From an uncultured Phycisphaerales bacterium (GTDB taxonomy: Bacteria; Planctomycetota; Phycisphaerae; Tepidisphaerales; Tepidisphaeraceae), in the NCBI GenBank assembly GCA_963755915.1, contig CAVWLP010000002.1, positions 4,896,001 to 4,960,000 of the forward strand: a stretch of DNA of 64,000 nucleotides, given 5' to 3'. Every line of letters starts with the position of its first letter. Within the stretch, counting starts at the first letter, position 1. Below the pieces are notes generated by a model. That model did not search any database. It was not told the DNA's origin and saw only the letters and a program-made list of their open reading frames with translations. The position numbers and the translations under genes are program-made. Positions 58,844 to 64,000 of the stretch are shown here, piece by piece.

Positions 58844-58860
58844 ACTTTATATCATAAAGT
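58844..58860. promoter_or_regulatory. Palindromic operator ACTTT-N7-AAAGT
   Basis: actttatatcataaagt in the divergent intergenic region; 14 of 17 nt identical to the 57765-57781 site. Confidence 0.75.
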
Positions 58861-58939
58861 CATAGGGTCTCATGTCAAGGGGCGGCACCGGGCGACGACC
58901 TGATGATCGCAATCGCTCTTCTGATATCATCTTGCGCAT

Positions 58940-60079
58940 ATGTCCATCTCCCGCGACACGTTTGAACGGTATCGACAGAAGGGGCTCGATGCCCGGCGAG
59001 CCGGGCAGTGGGATTCGGCGCGGATTTATCTTTTGGAAGCGGCGCGGGCGATGGTGGCGCTGAGCAAGGAGGCGCAGGGGGAGGAATTGAAAAATGCCCG
59101 GCGGGAGACGGCGACGCGACTGCTGGAACTGGCCAAGGATTGCGAGAAGGCGAAAAACGAAAATCGCAGGCAGCCGGCGGCGGGCGGCTCGCCACGGGAA
59201 TCGGCGGGGGAAAGCGAGGGGACGACATCGGCCAGTCAGTGGCTGGTGAAGGAGCGGCCGAGTATCCGCTTTGCGGACGTCGCGGGGCTGGAGGATGTGA
59301 AAGAGGACATCCGGCTGAAGATGATTTATCCGTTTGAACACCCGGACCTGGCGGCGAAATTCGGGATTCGGCCGGGGGGCGGCGTGCTGCTTTATGGGCC
59401 GCCGGGGACGGGGAAGACGATGCTGGCCAAGGCGACGGCCGGGGAGATCGACGCGGCGTTTTTCCGGATTTCGCCGGCAGATGTTTTGAGTAAGTGGGTT
59501 GGGGAAGCGGAGCAGAACATCAAGAAGCTTTTCGACGCGGCGGCGGCGGAGCCGCGGAGTATTATCTTTATCGATGAAATCGAATCACTGGTGCCGGCAC
59601 GGAGGGACGAGGGGTCGAGCGTGATGCAGCGGGTGGTGCCGCAGATTTTGGAGGGAATGGAAGGGTTCGATAAGAAATCGGGGCAGCCGATTCTTTTTAT
59701 GGGGGCAACGAACGTGCCGTGGCAGCTCGATCCGGCGGTGCTGCGGCCCGGGCGGTTTGATGAGAAGGTGTTTATTCCGCTGCCGGATCTGGAAGCGCGG
59801 CGGAAAATGCTGGACATGTATTTGGGCCATCGGCCGCTGGCGGGCGATTTGGTGCTAGATCGGCTTGCCGTCGCGCTGGATGGCTTTAGCGGGGCGGATA
59901 TCAGATATATCTGTGATCGCGCGGCGACGGTGCCGTTTCTTCAGAGCGTTGCAACCGGGGAAGAGGGGCAGATCACTTTGGCGATTTTTGAGGATGCGAT
60001 GCACGATACGCCTAAGTCGGTGACGGGGGAGATGCTTTCGCGGTTTACGAAATGGGGCGGAGACGCGGCGAGGGAGTGA
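58940..60079 (+). CDS. AAA+ ATPase with MIT-like N-terminal helical bundle (Vps4/CdvC-like)
   Basis: About 70-aa helical N-domain; FADVAGLEDVKE, GPPGTGKT, SKWVGEAE pore loop, FIDEIE, ATNVPWQLDPAVLRPGRFD; single AAA module. Confidence 0.85.
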   Translation: MSISRDTFERYRQKGLDARRAGQWDSARIYLLEAARAMVALSKEAQGEELKNARRETATRLLELAKDCEKAKNENRRQPAAGGSPRESAGESEGTTSASQWLVKERPSIRFADVAGLEDVKEDIRLKMIYPFEHPDLAAKFGIRPGGGVLLYGPPGTGKTMLAKATAGEIDAAFFRISPADVLSKWVGEAEQNIKKLFDAAAAEPRSIIFIDEIESLVPARRDEGSSVMQRVVPQILEGMEGFDKKSGQPILFMGATNVPWQLDPAVLRPGRFDEKVFIPLPDLEARRKMLDMYLGHRPLAGDLVLDRLAVALDGFSGADIRYICDRAATVPFLQSVATGEEGQITLAIFEDAMHDTPKSVTGEMLSRFTKWGGDAARE

Positions 60080-60137
60080 TTTTCAGTTCGAGCGACGGGC
60101 AGCGAGGAAACCAATCTGATAAAGTAAAAAGATCAAC

Positions 60138-62047
60138 ATGCCCGACCTCCGCGAACAATTACAGAATCACTTCGGCCTGGACGAATTTCGTCCGTCTCAG
60201 CGCGAAGTGATCGAAGATGTTCTGGCCGGGCGGGACGTGCTTTGCGTGATGCCAACCGGGGCGGGGAAAAGTCTGTGCTTTCAGCTTCCCGCGGCTGTGA
60301 ATGGCGGGCTGACGATGGTCGTCTCGCCGCTGATTTCGCTGATGGAGGATCAGGTACAGCAGCTTCGCGATGAGGGAATTGCCGCGGCGCTTTTGAATAG
60401 CTCGCTGACCCCGGCGATGCAGCGGCAGGTGATGGCCGAGCTTGAAGAGGGTTTTTCGGGGTTACTTTACGTTGCGCCGGAGCGGCTCTTCGCCGGCAAT
60501 TTTCAGGCCCTGATGCAAAAGCTGCGGCCCAGGCTTTTGGCGGTGGATGAGGCGCACTGCATCAGCCAGTGGGGGCACGATTTTCGGCCGGAGTATTCGC
60601 GGATTGGGGAGGCGCGGAAGAAACTGGGCGATCCGCCAACGATTGCGCTGACGGCGACCGCAACGGAGGACGTGCGGGCGGACATCGTTGCGCAGCTTGG
60701 GTTGCGGGAGCCGCGCGTGGTGGTGACGGGGTTTGATCGGCCGGGGCTGCGATATGGCTCCAAGCGAATCAACAGAGAGGATGATAAGGACGCGATCCTG
60801 GTTGATCTGCTTCGCGAAGAGCCGGGGAGCGCGATCGTTTATTGCGCAACGCGAAAAGTCGTGGACGAACTCGCCGGGATTTTGCAGCGACATCTGGGCG
60901 GTCGGGTTGTCGTCCGTTATCACGGCGGGATGGACCCTGCCTCGCGCACGGCGAGCCAGGAGAAGTTCATGGAATCGGCCGGGGCGATCGCGATTGCGAC
61001 CAATGCGTTTGGGATGGGGATCAACAAGCCGGATATCCGCCTCGTCATCCACTACAACATTCCGGGGACGCTGGAGGCGTATTACCAGGAGGCGGGCCGG
61101 GCGGGTCGCGACGGGAGGCCGGCGCGGTGCGTCATTCTTTTCAGTTACCAGGACCGGTTCGTCCAGGAATTCTTTATCGACAAGCTGGGGGAGGACAACC
61201 CGCAGGCCGATCCGCAAATCATTGCCAGGCGGCAGCAGCATGCAAGGGAAAAGCTGGAGCTGATGATCCAGTACGCCCGCACGCACCTGTGCCGGCGGAA
61301 GATGATCCTCGATTATTTCGGCGACACCGCGGAGGTGAACGATTGCCACTGCGACGTGTGCGGCAGGGGCGACAAATCATCCAAGATCCCGGAAGCGCCG
61401 GTCATCATGGCGGATGAAGTCGTGACGATCGTCCGGCAGATTCTCTCGGCGATCGTGCGCTGCCGGGGAAAGTTTGGCGTGGGTGCGGTCGCGGAAATGC
61501 TTACCGGATCCGAAAGCGACCGGATGCAGAAATGGGGCCTCGACCAGCTTTCCACGTTCGGGCTGCTGAAGATTTATTCCGTGAAGCGAGTCGTCGCGAT
61601 GATTCACCGGATTCTCGAATCGGGGTTGGCCCGGCAGAAAGATCCGGACGGCGTGAAGTTTCGGCCCGTGGTAGAAATTACGGCGGCGGGCATTTCAGTC
61701 ATGCGCGGCGAGCAGCAGCCGCCCAATTCGCTGGCGGATATTTTGCCCCGGCGGGCCGAGCGATCGGCGCCGCCGCGGGAGCGAGCTGCGGCGAGCGATC
61801 GATCGTATGAGAACGAGCACATGACGCAGGAGATGCAGGTTCGTTTCGAGGCGCTGCGTGAGCTTCGGGCGCGGATCGTGCGCGAACGCGGCATGCCGGC
61901 CTTTGTCATCTGCCATGATTCGACGCTTCAGCAGCTTGCGCGCAAGCGCCCGGCAGCGAGACCGAGCTCGCGGGAGTGAAGGGAATGGGGCCGTACAAAA
62001 TCAAAATGTATGGGGCGGCATTTCTGGAGGTCCTCAGAAGCGAGTGA
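60138..62047 (+). CDS. recQ: ATP-dependent DNA helicase RecQ (frameshift in HRDC near 61955)
   Basis: MPTGAGKS, VDEAHCISQWGHDFRPEY, ATNAFGMGINK, YYQEAGRAGRDG, CRR...CHCDVC, RQC and HRDC (GVKGMGPYKIKMYG in the next frame). Confidence 0.95.
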
Positions 62048-63332
62048 CCGCGAAAAAGACAAAGGAAAGCAGTTCATTCACGAGCCATCTGACGCTGGCG
62101 CTGTGTACGATTCTGCACGGCTTTACGCACGCGTATGGCTCGATGCTGGTGCCGCTTTATTATCGGATTGCCGACGATTTGAAATTGCCGGGTGTGGGCC
62201 GGGCGACCCTGATCGTTACGATCTACGGCGCGGTCTACAACCTGGGAAGCTACGCGGCCGGCCTGGCGGCGGATCGATTCAGCCGAAAAAAGCTGCTGGC
62301 GATTGGATTGCTTGGCAATGCGCTGGCGATTGGGGGAATGGGATTGTGCCGGGATTATTGGGGGATTCTGGCACTGGGGGTGGCGGCGGGAATCTTCGGG
62401 ACGATTTTTCATCCTTCGGCGAACGCGCTGGCGAGCAGCCATTATCCGAAATCGCCGGGGATGGCGATTGGAATTCTGGGGATCGGCTCGGGGCTGGGAT
62501 TTTTCTTTGGTCCGCAGATCGCGGGGTGGCGGGCCGCGTCGGCGAGCTGGCATCTGTGGAATGTTGCGCAGTGGCAGAAGCCGTGCGTTGAGATGGCGAT
62601 TGCGGGGCTAATTGTGGGGATTGTCTTCATCTTGTTTGGGGCGGACGCACAGAGCCCCCACCCCAACCCTCCCCCGGAGTACCAGGGGAGGGGAAGTAAG
62701 GGGCTGGGCCGGGGAGTCGTTCGCATGGCGCTCGTGCTGATGTTCCGCGATTTCGCGGGCGTCGCGGGCCTTTCGCTTGCCGCGATTTATGTCCGCAACG
62801 TATTTCACCTCAACGTGAGCCAGGCGGGGTTGTTCGTGGGGGTGATGATGCTGCCGAGCGTGATCTTCAATCCGCTGTCGGTTTATCTGACGCCGGGGCG
62901 CCGGCGTTTGCCGGGATTGAACGTGATCCTGATCGTCGGTGGATTGGCGGCGGCGACAACGCCACTCTGGCCGCTGGCGGGAGCGCTGGTGATTCTGTGC
63001 GTTTTTCAAACGCTTCAGCTTGCCAGCTACGCGGTGAGCGACGGCGCCACGTTTGAGCGGGTCGCACCCGAATTTCGCGGGCGGGTTTCGGGGCTTTTTC
63101 TGCAGATCGCCGGCACGTTCGTGCGCTGGGGCCATGGGTGATGGGGGCGTGGACGGACCGGCTGCCGGCGCCGCATATGCAGTCGAGCTATTTTGCGCTG
63201 TATGCGGTGATCGGCGCATCGATGATCGTGGCGGCGGCCGCGCCGAGGTTGATTGGGCGGCTTGGGCCGGTGGTTGCGCGGGTTGACCCGATGCGCGAAA
63301 TTTCGCCGGAGACGATGGGGGCGGTTCCTTGA
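62044..63332 (+). CDS. MFS transporter (frameshift near 63125)
   Basis: GLAADRFSRK motif A, FHPSA, about 12 TM, GAWTD in the last segment; GTGA overlap with the recQ stop. Confidence 0.88.
62653..62694. repeat. REP-like palindrome embedded in frame in the MFS central loop
   Basis: 41 of 42 nt identical to 19883-19924; translated as SPHPNPPPEYQGRG. Confidence 0.85.
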
Positions 63333-63974
63333 TCAGGATCTTTGCGAGACGATGAGCTGGCCGTCGTCCTTCAGCCAGGCGTCGCAGGTATGGCGGGTAC
63401 CGTCGATGTCATAATCGAAAGTGAAGTGGGAGGGGTCGGCGATGTCGGGTTGGGCGGCAAAGAATTTCCAGTGCCGCTTGCTGATGAAGGGGCTCTCCAG
63501 GCCGGCAAAGGTCGCCTCATCGGCTTTCAGTAATTGCGGGCTTACCGCGGCGGACCACTCGCGATACTCGAGCCGGAGCATGTTGGTGTCATAGGCGAGC
63601 TGGGAGAAGCTGGAGATGGAAAGAAGCACCAGCCGGCGCTCTCCGGAAGGCGTTTGCATTTCGTGCAGGAAGACGGTGCCGTCGTCGGCGGTTCGATCGT
63701 CGAGGTATCGCTGCATCGAGTTCAGCGGCGGGCAAAACTCGGAATATAGAATATTGCAGTTGCTGGTTTCCAGAACCAGATGAGCGGGTGATTGCCGGTA
63801 GATCATGCAGCGATGCTGCCAGTAGAGAAAATTGCCCCATCGCCAGAGGCCTGGTCCCCAGAAGACCAGGACGGCCAGCATCGCGCCGACAAAAATGGCG
63901 CGATAGAGCCACAACATGATCCGGCTCGTCGGAGGCGGCTTACGCGCGTAATTGAGGGGATTGACCGCATCCAT
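63333..63974 (-). CDS. Membrane-anchored hypothetical protein
   Basis: LNYA motif, single TM, FLHE..TPSG.RRLV, QPD.ADPSHFT.DY.IDG...DAWLKDDG. Confidence 0.75.
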   Translation of the reverse strand: MDAVNPLNYARKPPPTSRIMLWLYRAIFVGAMLAVLVFWGPGLWRWGNFLYWQHRCMIYRQSPAHLVLETSNCNILYSEFCPPLNSMQRYLDDRTADDGTVFLHEMQTPSGERRLVLLSISSFSQLAYDTNMLRLEYREWSAAVSPQLLKADEATFAGLESPFISKRHWKFFAAQPDIADPSHFTFDYDIDGTRHTCDAWLKDDGQLIVSQRS

Positions 63975-64000
63975 TCGGTTCGAGCGGGCATCATATTGAT

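Overview
GC-rich bacterial chromosomal segment, most consistent with Planctomycetota of class Phycisphaerae (Tepidisphaerales-like). This is an inference from a dcw fragment with ftsQ but no ftsA/ftsZ, PEP-CTERM/TIGR03790 genes, recurring P-x-T-[QRE]-P linkers and the intergenic repeat families. Housekeeping genes: rpmH (missed by the ORF track), rny, argH, murC-murB-ddl-ftsQ, mraZ, hemB, bamD-like, lptE, ftsH, pit, prfA, recQ. Carbohydrate enzymes: GH51, GH32, an atypical CE8 and an esterase. Other modules: an ECF sigma/anti-sigma/PDZ pseudoprotease operon, an ATP-grasp/alpha-E/transglutaminase cluster with a detached Anbu protease, and three TA-like cassettes, one beside a decayed tRNA. At least 15 genes, including essential ones, carry indels, which points to long-read assembly error rather than biology. 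The best novel candidate is an 85-aa leader ORF upstream of RNase Y. It has an N-terminal transmembrane segment, an RAPP motif about 40 residues later, and a downstream 8-bp stem that can mask the rny start, which is the layout of a force-sensing ribosome-arrest peptide. Other leads: a MIT-domain Vps4/CdvC-like ATPase divergent from an operator-flanked membrane operon, a DUF6036-type nucleotidyltransferase/wHTH pair, and a REP-like palindrome inserted in frame in an MFS gene.
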